This document shows, piece after piece, positions 51,301 through 61,324 of a stretch of DNA of 64,000 nt (positions are counted from its first letter, which is position 1; every line of letters starts with the position of its first letter). The DNA comes from a virus. Made by a program: the position numbers and the translations under genes. The notes under the pieces were generated by a model. The model did not search any database. It had not been told where the DNA came from and saw only the letters and a list, made by a program, of their open reading frames with translations. The stretch lies in IMG/VR virus record IMGVR_UViG_3300045391_005035, one strand, 5' to 3'.

Positions 51301-51635
51301 TGGGACTCTACGAGCGCGAGCCGATCAAGGTTGGGTTCTGGCGAGGCCGAGACGGCGACCAGAGCGAGTATCCGGACGTGCGATCGTTCATCGACTGGAC
51401 ATGGAACCCGAACGAGAGGGCGCTGGTGGCCGCGTACGTCTCGAACTCGCGATTCCGTGGCGAAGGTTACCGCGGGTGGTCCGATTGCCGGATCTGCGGC
51501 AGGAACAACGGCAGCTCCGACTTCAGCGACCGCGTCTACGTCTGGCCCGAGGGCTTCGTGCACTACATCCGAGATCACGGTGTGAAGCCGCCGTCCGACT
51601 TCGTGGCGCATGTCGTGGCGCAGTCACGCCGATGA
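51297..51635 (+). CDS. conserved-looking Zn-binding hypothetical
   Basis: YRGWSDCRICG.NNGS, YVWPEG..HY..H.V.PP. Confidence 0.7.
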   Translation: MMGLYEREPIKVGFWRGRDGDQSEYPDVRSFIDWTWNPNERALVAAYVSNSRFRGEGYRGWSDCRICGRNNGSSDFSDRVYVWPEGFVHYIRDHGVKPPSDFVAHVVAQSRR

Positions 51636-52081
51636 GGTGGGGACGCTCCGCCGCCGGCGCTCTCATCGTCGCGTGCTCGACCGGGCGCGCCCTGCTCATG
51701 CTACGCAGCGAGGACGTAACCGAGGGCGGCACCTGGGGTCTGCCTGGCGGCAAGATCGAACATGGCGAGGACCCACTCGAAGGAGCGGTCCGCGAGCTGC
51801 GTGAGGAGACGAAGTTCCGCGGCAAGATCGTCCTCGTGCCGAGCTACGTGTACCGAGAAGAGGACTTCGAGTTCCACAACTTCATCGGTATCGTGCGGAG
51901 CGAGTTCAAGCCCAAGCTGAACTGGGAGAGCGACGACGCTCGATGGTTTCGGCTCGACCGGATGCCCGACCCGCTCCACTTCGGCGTCGAGCGCCTGATG
52001 GAGGAGGCCGGGCACGAGATCCCTGGCGTACTTGCTACATGCTCTTCTGCGCAGCTCGCGCCGCGCCGCCGAGCTGGCTGA
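51632..52081 (+). CDS. Nudix hydrolase
   Basis: WGLPGGKIEHGEDPLEGAVRELREET Nudix box. Confidence 0.92.
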   Translation: MRWGRSAAGALIVACSTGRALLMLRSEDVTEGGTWGLPGGKIEHGEDPLEGAVRELREETKFRGKIVLVPSYVYREEDFEFHNFIGIVRSEFKPKLNWESDDARWFRLDRMPDPLHFGVERLMEEAGHEIPGVLATCSSAQLAPRRRAG

Positions 52082-52111
52082 GCACAGCGGCGAAGCCGGC
52101 TCCGCTCATGG

Positions 52112-52492
52112 TCAGCCAAAAGGGAGTGCGTTCGGCGCGTCCTCCTCGGTCGCCGCAACGAACGCATCCCTCAGGCCCTTCACGATGCGCTTCAGCCTGC
52201 CGTTCTCACGCTTGAGCGTGTCGCGCTCGCTCATGATCTTGGTCAGCGCCTCTTCGTCTTGCGCAGCCAGCTTTCCGCGGAGCCTCTTCTCGTCGTTCAG
52301 CTCCTCGCGAAGGTCACATGCCTCCTTCGAGAGAGCGTCGCGCTGTTCGCGCGCGAGCCGCGCGTCTTCCGTCCGACGCGCCGCCACGCGACTGGCCTCG
52401 GCCAGCTCGGCACGAAGCTCCGCGACGAGCGGGTTCTCCTGTCGTCCGCCGAGCCGGACCTGCTTCTTCGCTCCCATCATGCCCTCCTTCAC
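52112..52492 (-). CDS. coiled-coil hypothetical
   Basis: GTGA coupling. Confidence 0.6.
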   Translation of the reverse strand: MKEGMMGAKKQVRLGGRQENPLVAELRAELAEASRVAARRTEDARLAREQRDALSKEACDLREELNDEKRLRGKLAAQDEEALTKIMSERDTLKRENGRLKRIVKGLRDAFVAATEEDAPNALPFG

Positions 52493-54543
52493 GACGCTCC
52501 TCCGAGCATCGTCATCTGTCCTGCCGCGAGCGTTTGCTTGCCGATCCTGTCTGTCGGCGTCAGCCCCAGCTCCTGGATGTACGGCGACGGCTCCGCTTCC
52601 AGGACGCCATCGTCATCCCGGTATCGGTAGCCGTTGAACCACAGCTCGTCACGCGCTCTGGTGACGGCGACGTAGAAGACGCGCCGCTCGTCGACAGGGT
52701 TGTCGCCGCCCCAAGCGACGGGCCACGTGCCCTTGGTCATGCCGGCGATGTACACGACGGGCCACTCCAGGCCCTTCACCGAGTGCACCGTTGCGATCGA
52801 GACGGCGTTGCGCGACGACGCGGCCGCTCGCTGGGCGACCTTCAGCTCGTCGATCGTGGTGAGTAGCGTCGGCACGTCATCGAAGTCGGCGAGGAAGTCG
52901 CGAACGCGGTCGAAGTTCATGGCCGCGTCGTTGTCCGGAGACGCTTCTTTGTCCTCCGATTCGACCCACCGCTCCCAGCTCATCTTCTCGCAGACCTTGG
53001 TGAAGAGCTGTAGCGGCGTCGCGCCCTTCGCGAAGGCCAGGCGCAGCTCGCGGATCTTGCCCATGAAATCGCGGGCGTTTCCGTTGTACTTGCGCTCCTG
53101 CACGATCGGCGCCGCGTCCATCACGTCGAGCCAGTCGAGCCCCTGCTTCCACGCGAGCACGATCTTGTCGATGAACACGCGCCCCAGGTACTTCGGCGGG
53201 TTCATGATCGCCGTCTCGAAATCGTCCTCGTCGGCTTCGCCGGAGATCAGCCGGAGGTACGCGAGCGCCGCCTTCGCCTCGCGGCTCGCGAAGAAGCTGT
53301 GCCCGCGGACGACGCGAGCCGGAATCTTGGCCTTGAGCAGCTCCAGCTCCAGCCGGCCGCTCTGGTCGTTGCGTCGCACGAGCACGGCCTGGTCCCGCCA
53401 CTCGACGCCGGCATCGTGGTGCTTCCGCACGTTCAGCGCGATGTCCTCGGCCTCGGTTCTCGGGTTCTCGGTCTCGCGATACGCCACGAAGCCGGCTTCT
53501 TCGCGGGTGCACTGGAGGCGCATCGGGAGCTTCTCCGACTCCGGGATGCCGTCGAGCACGACGTTCGCGACGCGAATGATGTCTCTGCCGGACCGGAAGT
53601 TCGCGTCCATGTACACGTGCTTCACGCCCGGCTTCTTGCCGAACGCGAGGAAGTGCTCCGGCCGAGCGCCGCGCCACACGTAGATCGCCTGGGCGACGTC
53701 ACCGACGATGAGGATGTTGCCGTGCTGCTCCGCCAGCGCGTTCACGATCCTCCACTGTGCTTCGCAGAGGTCCTGCGCCTCGTCGACGATCACGTGGTCG
53801 AAGCGACGTTGCCAGAGATCACGAACCTGCTCGTCCTCGGTGAGCAGGCGCGCCGATTCGCAGAGTAGATCGTCGAACGTTACGAACTTCGACCACGTTC
53901 CGTCGGGGAGCTGCGTGCCACTTACGCGCGCATCCTCGGCGGCAAAGTAGAGGTCGAGGAGAGCCTCGGGCCGCGTGGCGCAGTTCTTCTTGCCGCGGAC
54001 GATCGAGGCCGCCACGTCGACCAGCTCGCCTGGTGTCTGGCCTAGAGCACGAAGGCCGACGACGAACGAGTTGACCAAGCAGTCGTTCTTGACGCGCGAC
54101 GCGAACTTCGCGACGAGGTCTGCCTCGACGTGATCGTAGCCGATCGACTGTGCGCCCTGTCGGATGGCCCTCTTGTAGTTGCCGCCACCCTTGTCGAGCC
54201 CGAACCCTTGCGAACTGGGCGCGCTCTTCCAGATCGCGTACGCGAGGCCGTGGAGCGTGCGCGCGACCTCGATGTCCTCACCGCGGGCCCCAAGGCGCTT
54301 CTTCAGCTTGCGGTTCAGATCGTTCGCCGCGTCGACGTTGAACGCAGAGAGCATGATGCGGTTGAGCGGTGCGCCAGCGGTGTGGATACGCCAGACACGT
54401 TCAACAAGAGTCGTGCTCTTTCCGGCGCCGGCTACAGCGCCCGCGAGCATCCGCCCCGACGGATGGTCGATGACCGCCTGCTGCGCAGCCGTGAACCGCG
54501 GACCTTCCTGGGCCGCCTTCGGAGCCTTCTTGCGCGCCGCCAC
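52489..54543 (-). CDS. SF1A UvrD/PcrA-like DNA helicase
   Basis: AGAGKST, AFN, TLHG, VDEAQD, GDVAQAIY.WRGA, NFRS, TVHSVKGLEW, ERRVFYVAVTRA. Confidence 0.95.
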   Translation of the reverse strand: MAARKKAPKAAQEGPRFTAAQQAVIDHPSGRMLAGAVAGAGKSTTLVERVWRIHTAGAPLNRIMLSAFNVDAANDLNRKLKKRLGARGEDIEVARTLHGLAYAIWKSAPSSQGFGLDKGGGNYKRAIRQGAQSIGYDHVEADLVAKFASRVKNDCLVNSFVVGLRALGQTPGELVDVAASIVRGKKNCATRPEALLDLYFAAEDARVSGTQLPDGTWSKFVTFDDLLCESARLLTEDEQVRDLWQRRFDHVIVDEAQDLCEAQWRIVNALAEQHGNILIVGDVAQAIYVWRGARPEHFLAFGKKPGVKHVYMDANFRSGRDIIRVANVVLDGIPESEKLPMRLQCTREEAGFVAYRETENPRTEAEDIALNVRKHHDAGVEWRDQAVLVRRNDQSGRLELELLKAKIPARVVRGHSFFASREAKAALAYLRLISGEADEDDFETAIMNPPKYLGRVFIDKIVLAWKQGLDWLDVMDAAPIVQERKYNGNARDFMGKIRELRLAFAKGATPLQLFTKVCEKMSWERWVESEDKEASPDNDAAMNFDRVRDFLADFDDVPTLLTTIDELKVAQRAAASSRNAVSIATVHSVKGLEWPVVYIAGMTKGTWPVAWGGDNPVDERRVFYVAVTRARDELWFNGYRYRDDDGVLEAEPSPYIQELGLTPTDRIGKQTLAAGQMTMLGGAS

Positions 54544-54546
54544 GGT

Positions 54547-55461
54547 TCAGCCGAGAAGGGCTTTGAGCGCGAGCCCGATGCCCTGCGTCTGGCCGGCCTC
54601 GGCGACGCCGTCCATCACGTCACCAAACGGGTTCTTGTAGCGGACGATCTCGGGACGTCCCAGCGCATGGAACAGCGTGGCCTCGTTCCTGAGCCACGGC
54701 TCGCGATGCTCCAGGATGAGCTTCGCGGAAAGCACCTCTTCCTCGGGCGGAACCGAGTTGTCGTGGAAGTGCACGACGAGGTCGTCATCGAGGTCGAAGC
54801 AGATGCGGCCGATTTGCGCCGCGATCGCCGAATGCCTGTGCGCAAGCACGTAGCGGTTGCCCGAGAGACCGCCCTGGACCGTGATGAAGTGCTCCTTGTC
54901 CCACGTGCGCCGCTCGTCGGGCGTCAGGAATGCGTGGAGCACCTCGGACGCACGGCTGACCGCGCCGGGCACGCACTGCGGGCAGCTCGGCGTCGCTCTC
55001 TTCACCGAGACGGCCTTCTTCTCTTTCTTGGGCTTCGCCTCGGGCTCGGCTTCGGGCTTCGGCGGAATGACCGCGTCTGGCGTGAGCGCGTCTTCGACCT
55101 TCTGGAGGTCGCTCGTCTCGAAGACCTCGATCTTGCCGCCGCTCGATCGCACCGCCGTGATGGTTCGATCCGCAGGGCGCACGAACGCGTAGAGAGCGCG
55201 ACCGGCGACGGCGACGGTGGTCGCGAGCAAGATCTCCTGGCGCTGCTTGCCATCGACCTCGGCCGTCGCGATCTTCGTGATGGGCGTCCAGCCGTTCTTG
55301 CGCGCTTCGGCGAGGAACGCGTCGAGCACCGGCAGCTCGTGCGGCGTCGGGTCGACGATCTCCAGTACGCATGAGGTCTTGTCGGCCTGCTCGCGGTACG
55401 AGCTGTTGTCGACCTCGACGAGTCGGAAGTCGCCGGTGTAGCTCGGAAAGTACCACCTCAT
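54547..55461 (-). CDS. hypothetical protein
   Basis: long GC3-biased ORF, CPQC. Confidence 0.75.
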   Translation of the reverse strand: MRWYFPSYTGDFRLVEVDNSSYREQADKTSCVLEIVDPTPHELPVLDAFLAEARKNGWTPITKIATAEVDGKQRQEILLATTVAVAGRALYAFVRPADRTITAVRSSGGKIEVFETSDLQKVEDALTPDAVIPPKPEAEPEAKPKKEKKAVSVKRATPSCPQCVPGAVSRASEVLHAFLTPDERRTWDKEHFITVQGGLSGNRYVLAHRHSAIAAQIGRICFDLDDDLVVHFHDNSVPPEEEVLSAKLILEHREPWLRNEATLFHALGRPEIVRYKNPFGDVMDGVAEAGQTQGIGLALKALLG

Positions 55462-56084
55462 CGCTTGCTCCTGGTCTTCGGCTTCGGCGGCGGAAGCGCC
55501 AGCGCCGTGGCGGCGGGAGCGGCGGCCAAGGCCGCGTCCGCGATCTGCTGTTCCATGACCTTGATCACCGACTTCGAGACCTTCGCCTCCTTCGCGGCAG
55601 CGAGCGCGTTGACCATGTCCGTGATCGACGGTGCTCGCGCTGCCCTCTGCGCCTCGGCCTGCGCGTTGACGATGTCCTTGCCGATCTTCGCAGCCGACTC
55701 GATGAGCCCGCGGGACGCGTTCGTGCCATACGTTTCGATGGCCGGCGCCGGCGCGAGTGCCTCACCGGCACCCAGCTCGTCCTCGTTGCTGGCCATGTAG
55801 TTGCCGATGGTCAGCGCGCCGTACTGCGGTCTGAAGCGGTCGCGCACGAGCTGGTCGGGCCGCTCCAGCGTCACGAGCGCGGCGCCGACCGACGCACAGA
55901 ATCGCTGGAGCTGCGCCATGCTCTTGCTCGTGATGGGTCCTTCGGCGAGCGCGACGATCTGCGCTCTGGTGGACGCCTGGAACTGGGCGAGCGCCGAGTC
56001 GAGCGCCGTGGGCGCCTTCGGAGCACCGTCGATGGCGTTCTCGATGCGCTCGTGCTCGTGTGCGATGTCGATGTGCTGACTCAC
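55458..56084 (-). CDS. hypothetical protein
   Basis: GAAGGAA RBS before GTG. Confidence 0.65.
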   Translation of the reverse strand: MSQHIDIAHEHERIENAIDGAPKAPTALDSALAQFQASTRAQIVALAEGPITSKSMAQLQRFCASVGAALVTLERPDQLVRDRFRPQYGALTIGNYMASNEDELGAGEALAPAPAIETYGTNASRGLIESAAKIGKDIVNAQAEAQRAARAPSITDMVNALAAAKEAKVSKSVIKVMEQQIADAALAAAPAATALALPPPKPKTRSKR

Positions 56085-56139
56085 GCGCTTTCCTTCGTGG
56101 AAGATCCTACGGCGTCTACGGTCGGCTCGCGCGTCCGCG

Positions 56140-57084
56140 TCACTCCTCGGCCTCGGGCGTGTCCAGCTCGCCGACGCGACGAAGAGCCTGGCCCAGGCCC
56201 GGCACCGAGCGGTGCGAACCCTCGCCGATGACCCACTTGAGCAGGCGTGCAGCCTCGGTGCCGAGGGAATCGGTGAACTTCTCGTCGTCGGCGACCTTGC
56301 GCAGAACGCCGATCGTGATGCCCTTGCCGCGCGTCGAGACCTCCTTCGAGGACTTGCCGTTGCGAGCCGCCGAGCGGGCCTTCTTCTGGCGACGCGCCTC
56401 GGGAACCGAGATGATGATGCCCGCCGCCTCGGCCTCCGCGATCTTCGCATCCTGATCCTCGTGCGACATGTCGGCGAACGTCGCCGCCGCCGTCGCCGTG
56501 ATCACGCCGCGCTCGACCGCGTCCTGCATCTTCGGGCTCAGCTCCAGCACGCGCAGGTGGTTGTCGAGCACCTCGACGGACCGCATGCCCATCTTCCGGG
56601 CGACGTCGAGCTTGCTCTGACCCATGTCGAGCAGACGCTGCGCGTCACGCGCCTTCGTCAGCATGTCGTCGTCGTAGCGAACGCCGTTCTCGGCCGCGAC
56701 CGCGCCGGTGAGCGACCCGACGTCGTTGTTCTTCCGAAGCACCGCTCGGAGCATGAACACGCCGTCGCCGCCGGCCTCGCGCAGAAGCCGCTTCACCTCG
56801 CGGCCGGCGAGGACGCGGTTGCGTCCGATGACGCACTCCAGCCTGTCCTCGCCAGCGTCGTCCTGACCGTTCTTGCGGACGACGACGTTCTGCTGCTGGC
56901 CCTCGGCCATCAGCGAGGCGATCAGCTCGGGGCGGTTGAACCCCTCGCGCTTCATCTTGAGCAGGCGCTCGTTGACGAGCGGATGCTCCAGGCCATCGTC
57001 GGTGTCGTAGCCAACGATGACGATCTTGTCGGGATCGAGCTTCCAGAGCGTCTCGCGCTCCGCATCCAGTGCCGTCTTCGCCAT
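56140..57084 (-). CDS. ParB/RepB/Spo0J-like protein
   Basis: LIASL..EGQQQNVVV, VIGRNR, AENG.R, HTH VARKMG. Confidence 0.8.
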   Translation of the reverse strand: MAKTALDAERETLWKLDPDKIVIVGYDTDDGLEHPLVNERLLKMKREGFNRPELIASLMAEGQQQNVVVRKNGQDDAGEDRLECVIGRNRVLAGREVKRLLREAGGDGVFMLRAVLRKNNDVGSLTGAVAAENGVRYDDDMLTKARDAQRLLDMGQSKLDVARKMGMRSVEVLDNHLRVLELSPKMQDAVERGVITATAAATFADMSHEDQDAKIAEAEAAGIIISVPEARRQKKARSAARNGKSSKEVSTRGKGITIGVLRKVADDEKFTDSLGTEAARLLKWVIGEGSHRSVPGLGQALRRVGELDTPEAEE

Positions 57085-57089
57085 CGCCG

Positions 57090-57452
57090 TCAGACCATCC
57101 CTTCTTCGGTGCTCTCGCTGTTCTCGTTCTCGACTTCATCGTCCGTGTTGTCGTGACCGAACTTGATCACGACCTGCGCCTTCATCTTCGTCTCGATCGG
57201 AATCGAGTCGGTGCGGAAGAGGAGGATCCCCTTCGCGTTCGTCGCATCCAGCTCGCGCGCTTCCAGGCTCTTGCGCAGATCGGGCAAGCTGGAGAAACGC
57301 TCGATGGTGTAGAGCGTCTCGATCACTTCCTGCTTGTTCCGCTCGATCGTGCGCTGGCCCGCGGGAACCGCCAGCCACATCGGCTTGCGCCGCGGGGCCT
57401 TTTTGACGGGCTTCTCGTCGCTCGCCGCCACCGTACCGCTCTCGTTGCTCAT
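57090..57452 (-). CDS. hypothetical protein
   Basis: AAGGA upstream; candidate TTGTCA -35 near 57520. Confidence 0.6.
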   Translation of the reverse strand: MSNESGTVAASDEKPVKKAPRRKPMWLAVPAGQRTIERNKQEVIETLYTIERFSSLPDLRKSLEARELDATNAKGILLFRTDSIPIETKMKAQVVIKFGHDNTDDEVENENSESTEEGMV

Positions 57453-57557
57453 CTGCTCTTGGTCCTTTCGCGCCCCACGTGCGCTCAGGCCACGACTAGT
57501 AACGCAACGATCTGTGTCTGACAAGTGCTTTCAGCACACGCAACACACTTTTGTCGA

Positions 57558-57887
57558 TCAGCGCGAGAGAAGTCCGTGATTTCGGCAGACGTGCGTAAGG
57601 TACCCGAGCCAGTCGCTGTCGCGCAGGGAGGGGTTGTTCTCGTGGCGCATGGCCCACCAGACGCACGCCTCGAACGAGTTGGGGGCCGGGTGGCGGGCGT
57701 ACCGGTTCATGCAGTACGTCGTCCAGCGCTCCTCGTCGTCGTCATCGTCGGGGCCCGGGGTCCAGTTCAGAACGGCGAACAAGTACATCAGGCAGGCACC
57801 GGTCTTCGCCTCGTCGGTGAGCGTCTTGCTGCGACCGAGCACATCTGGGTACGCCATCAGCTGCTTTCTGCGTCGGGCCTCACCCAT
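57558..57887 (-). CDS. hypothetical protein
   Basis: MGEARRRK start; TACGGT-7 nt-ATG. Confidence 0.65.
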   Translation of the reverse strand: MGEARRRKQLMAYPDVLGRSKTLTDEAKTGACLMYLFAVLNWTPGPDDDDDEERWTTYCMNRYARHPAPNSFEACVWWAMRHENNPSLRDSDWLGYLTHVCRNHGLLSR

Positions 57888-57911
57888 GGCGTAGACCGTA
57901 CGGTTTCGTCT

Positions 57912-58529
57912 TCACGGCAGCTCATCGATGATGAGGGACGGCCGGCAGATCGTTCGGTACTGACGCCGGAAGATGCGCGCCTGCTGACGTGCGTCTTCGA
58001 GCGCCTGATGGATGGCGACGCGATCTTCGGGTCGGACCCACTCCTCGGGCCAGCTCTTCTTCGACTGCTCGCGGTACGGGCGTCCGTTGTAGCCCATGGC
58101 GAGGGATCCCATGTCGCACGCGTCGAAGCCGAACTTCGCGCCGTCGGTGAAGCGCCACGCGTAGTAGCAGTAGTACGCGAAATCGAACGAGGCCGGATAC
58201 GCGACGAACGTGGGCTTCGGTGGTGAATCGCGGTCCTGACCGAAGCCGACGGTCATGTTGACGATCCAGTCCTCCAGCTCCCGCATGACGTCGCGGGGGT
58301 CGCGGGGGTCGCGGGTCGCCTCAGCGTACTGATCGGGGAAGCCATCCCACCACTTCATCGTGCTGGGGTCCTCGCGAGCGTCCGGCAGCGCGCGGAGCTT
58401 CTGGTAGAAGTGACCGACCTCCTGAAGCGTCTCGGGATGCAGAGCCGTTACACCGATCGACAGCATCGAGAACAGTCCCGCAGCCGGGCCGTTCGTCTCG
58501 ACGTCGGCGCTGAAGTACATCTCGTTCAC
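57912..58529 (-). CDS. DEDDh 3'-5' exonuclease
   Basis: SADVETNG, SFDF, HQALEDA. Confidence 0.9.
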   Translation of the reverse strand: MNEMYFSADVETNGPAAGLFSMLSIGVTALHPETLQEVGHFYQKLRALPDAREDPSTMKWWDGFPDQYAEATRDPRDPRDVMRELEDWIVNMTVGFGQDRDSPPKPTFVAYPASFDFAYYCYYAWRFTDGAKFGFDACDMGSLAMGYNGRPYREQSKKSWPEEWVRPEDRVAIHQALEDARQQARIFRRQYRTICRPSLIIDELP

Positions 58530-58819
58530 AGCTGTTCCGCCTTTCTCTGAAGCGCACGGAGCGCACGCACCGCGTCGATGGTGTGACCGCCCGCTTCTGC
58601 CTCATCGAACTCGGCGAGCAAGAGGCGAAGCGCGGTCTGCTCGGCCGCTCGCAGCTCGGCGTGGGCGATGCTGACGGGCGATGTACGAAACTCCGCAAGC
58701 ACACGGTCGATGATGGGCTCGATGAAGTCGTCGGCGCACCGGCCGTGAACAGCAGTCCGGCGGCCGACACGCAGCGCCACCGTGCGAACCTCGTGCTCGT
58801 ACAGCTCGTCGCGCGTCAT
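58526..58819 (-). CDS. hypothetical protein
   Basis: coupled. Confidence 0.55.
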   Translation of the reverse strand: MTRDELYEHEVRTVALRVGRRTAVHGRCADDFIEPIIDRVLAEFRTSPVSIAHAELRAAEQTALRLLLAEFDEAEAGGHTIDAVRALRALQRKAEQL

Positions 58820-59382
58820 GACCATGCGAACTTCACGACCTGAAGGACCCGGTCGTGCTGGATGCTCGTGTTCAGCCAGAGGATGGGGGCCGCGGTCATG
58901 TACCGCAGCAGCATGTCGACGAGGATCGTCTCGTACCGGTGGTGGTACTCGGCGCCGGTGACGCGAGCGGGATCGTTCGCGAGGTTGTGGAACGCGTTGA
59001 TCGGGCAGAACACGATGTGCGTGTACACCGTCATCGCGTCGAGCACCGCGGCGCGGAATACCTTGTCGGAAGCAAGCTCCGGCGCGTGAATCGACGTGTA
59101 CGTCAGGTTGTCGAAGTGCGTGCGGTCGGTGATGAAGCTCTCGTGGTCGGCCTCCCACAGGCTCTTCGCGGCGAGGAGTCGCTGCTGGAACTCGGCGCGT
59201 TTTCCGGCGGCGTCGACGTCATACGGATTGTCGAAGCCCATGGCCTTGGCGATCTCACGCGAGCCGGTAGGGCACATCGGCAGCTCGTTCGGGAGGAAGT
59301 TTCGGAGGATGTCCTGGACGAGCGTGCTCTTGCCGGTGCCAGAGGCGCCGCAGAATGCGAGGCGGACGGGTCGATCGGTCAC
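58816..59382 (-). CDS. P-loop kinase (AAA_28/NadR-like nucleotide kinase)
   Basis: LAFCGASGTGKST, FITDRT.FD..Y. Confidence 0.85.
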   Translation of the reverse strand: MTDRPVRLAFCGASGTGKSTLVQDILRNFLPNELPMCPTGSREIAKAMGFDNPYDVDAAGKRAEFQQRLLAAKSLWEADHESFITDRTHFDNLTYTSIHAPELASDKVFRAAVLDAMTVYTHIVFCPINAFHNLANDPARVTGAEYHHRYETILVDMLLRYMTAAPILWLNTSIQHDRVLQVVKFAWS

Positions 59383-59600
59383 GTGGCCTCGCACATCGCG
59401 TTGTACGCGTTCATGCCATCGTCAGCGTCCTGCTTGCACAGGATCGCGACCGCGGCCGGATCGGGCCGCATGATCTGCACGGCGCCCGACGCCGGGTTGA
59501 CGACGGTCGGATGCAAGCGCACCGCCTCCACCCATCGGCGGCTCCACGCCGCGCTGTACAGCATCCACCATTCCGGACCGAACCTCTCGACCTTCTTCAT
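59379..59600 (-). CDS. hypothetical protein
   Basis: coupled. Confidence 0.55.
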   Translation of the reverse strand: MKKVERFGPEWWMLYSAAWSRRWVEAVRLHPTVVNPASGAVQIMRPDPAAVAILCKQDADDGMNAYNAMCEAT

Positions 59601-59830
59601 GCGCTCTCCCTCTCGACGATCTCCGCGTCGATCCGTTTGTGGACCACCCCGAACGACAGCTTCCAGCGACTCAGCCCTGGACCGACAGGCTCCAGACAGC
59701 CGTACTTGCCGGTGGCGCCGAACCATTTTTCGCACGCCGCGTGGACAGCGTCGCGGACCGTTGCGCTACTCTCTTCGCGAGTCAGCAGCTGACCGCGGTC
59801 GCCGATCGTAGAGACGCGAACGACGATCAC
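59597..59830 (-). CDS. hypothetical protein
   Basis: coupled. Confidence 0.55.
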   Translation of the reverse strand: MIVVRVSTIGDRGQLLTREESSATVRDAVHAACEKWFGATGKYGCLEPVGPGLSRWKLSFGVVHKRIDAEIVERESA

Positions 59831-60012
59831 GCGCGCTCGTCCTTCATCGCCTCGACGACCGAGCGGCGCACGCGCCAGTGCGCGCCGACCTTCGTCGCCG
59901 ACATCTTCCCGCTACCGATCCAGCGCAGCAGCGTGTCGCGCGACACGCTCAGCTCGGCCTCGACCTCGCGCAGCTTCAGCAGCGGGTCGCTTTCGATGTT
60001 CTCGGACGTCAC
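59827..60012 (-). CDS. excisionase-like HTH_17 DNA-binding protein
   Basis: LL.LREV..EL.VSRDTL.RWI.SG.M.A.KVG..WRV. Confidence 0.8.
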   Translation of the reverse strand: MTSENIESDPLLKLREVEAELSVSRDTLLRWIGSGKMSATKVGAHWRVRRSVVEAMKDERA

Positions 60013-60028
60013 TTCGTTCTCCAGCGAC

Positions 60029-60277
60029 TCATCGTGCTCGCTCCTGCGCCCTGTTCCAACGCTCCAGCAGCACGTCGGACCCATCGAGGTCGGCTTTGGT
60101 GACACCGGCATCACAGTCGCACGCGTCGCAGACCGGACACGTTCCGCGCCCGTGCGCGTCGCATCCGATCTCGACGGGACACGTTGCCGACACGCGAAAG
60201 CGGCACGCGGGCGCATGCCGCGTCTCGATCGCGCACACGCAGGACAGGCGCTTGCACACGTTGCAGCCAATGCTCAT
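60029..60277 (-). CDS. Cys-rich hypothetical
   Basis: many Cys pairs. Confidence 0.5.
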   Translation of the reverse strand: MSIGCNVCKRLSCVCAIETRHAPACRFRVSATCPVEIGCDAHGRGTCPVCDACDCDAGVTKADLDGSDVLLERWNRAQERAR

Positions 60278-60325
60278 TTCACAGCCTCTTTTGCGAAGGA
60301 AGTCGACCGTCGTCGGTCTCGGCGA

Positions 60326-60523
60326 TCATCGAGTCCCTCCGGGGAAAAGCCCCCAGACCCTAGCGTGGAAATGGCAGACGCGATCGTAGGTGTGGTGGTC
60401 TACGATGACCGCGCAGCGGTCGCACAACGGCTTCAAGCAGGCGTTGCTGCGCCCGTCTTCCGCCGTGTAGCTGCACTGGTACACGGCCACGTCGCCGCAT
60501 TCGCACTTCTTTTGGTAGTTCAT
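60326..60523 (-). CDS. Cys-rich hypothetical
   Basis: CECG, C, LCDRC, VCHFH. Confidence 0.6.
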   Translation of the reverse strand: MNYQKKCECGDVAVYQCSYTAEDGRSNACLKPLCDRCAVIVDHHTYDRVCHFHARVWGLFPGGTR

Positions 60524-60942
60524 CAGCCCCTCGCCGCTGCCACCGCCATGGCTTCCAAACGGCACACAGCAGAGTAGAGCGCGGTCCGCTCCCCCGTCTC
60601 GACGCCGCGCATGTACTCGTAGTGTGCTCTGTCGCCTGGTGGCATCGCGAACGCGGGCTCCGCGGCGCGAGGCTTCGGCTTCGTGTCTCGAAACGCGTCG
60701 ATGACGATGGCCGCGGCTAGGTACGTGTCGGAGCGGACTTCGTTGAGGCGAGCCTCCGCCTTCTCGGCGCGCTTGGTCGCATCGCGCAGTTCGTCCAGGG
60801 TAATCGCGGCGCGGATCGTACGACGCAGCTCGTCGATCTCGGCGAGCAGATCGAGCATCATCTCGCCGGCTTCGGCGTCGCGGCTCCATTGGAGCGTTTC
60901 AGCCGCGCCGCGGATGTGGTCGATGCGGTCGTCGGTCAGCAC
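60523..60942 (-). CDS. coiled-coil hypothetical (Ea22-like start)
   Basis: LT...I..IR..AE...LDLLAEID.LR. Confidence 0.6.
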   Translation of the reverse strand: MLTDDRIDHIRGAAETLQWSRDAEAGEMMLDLLAEIDELRRTIRAAITLDELRDATKRAEKAEARLNEVRSDTYLAAAIVIDAFRDTKPKPRAAEPAFAMPPGDRAHYEYMRGVETGERTALYSAVCRLEAMAVAAARG

Positions 60943-61133
60943 GCGTCGTCGTCTCCCAGGTAGTCGCTGACGTTGCCGAGAGCTTCGCTTGCGAGGTCGC
61001 AGCCGTCCTCGGTTTCTGTGTCGAGCAAGTCGTTCTCGTCGAGCAGATCGCGCAGCTCGCCGACCGCAGAGAGCGCTTTGGACAGCGCGGAACGCACCTC
61101 GCTCGGCACCTTTTCCTTCTTCTTTTTGGGCAT
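60936..61133 (-). CDS. small hypothetical
   Basis: TGATG coupling. Confidence 0.6.
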   Translation of the reverse strand: MPKKKKEKVPSEVRSALSKALSAVGELRDLLDENDLLDTETEDGCDLASEALGNVSDYLGDDDAC

Positions 61134-61309
61134 CAGATGTCGCTCGCGGAAAGACAAACCGATCCCTCCTCGGGGTATTCGGTCTCCCATGCGTACCACC
61201 CCGGACCTTCGTGCCCGTCGTTGCACCACTTGACCGTGAGCGACGGCCCACTTTCCGGCGTCCAGTCGAACATGAGACGCGCTTCGGTGATCGCCTGGGC
61301 CTCGGTCAT
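61133..61309 (-). CDS. small hypothetical
   Basis: GPGWYAW; in operon. Confidence 0.55.
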   Translation of the reverse strand: MTEAQAITEARLMFDWTPESGPSLTVKWCNDGHEGPGWYAWETEYPEEGSVCLSASDI

Positions 61310-61324
61310 CTTGCTGTTCATGCA

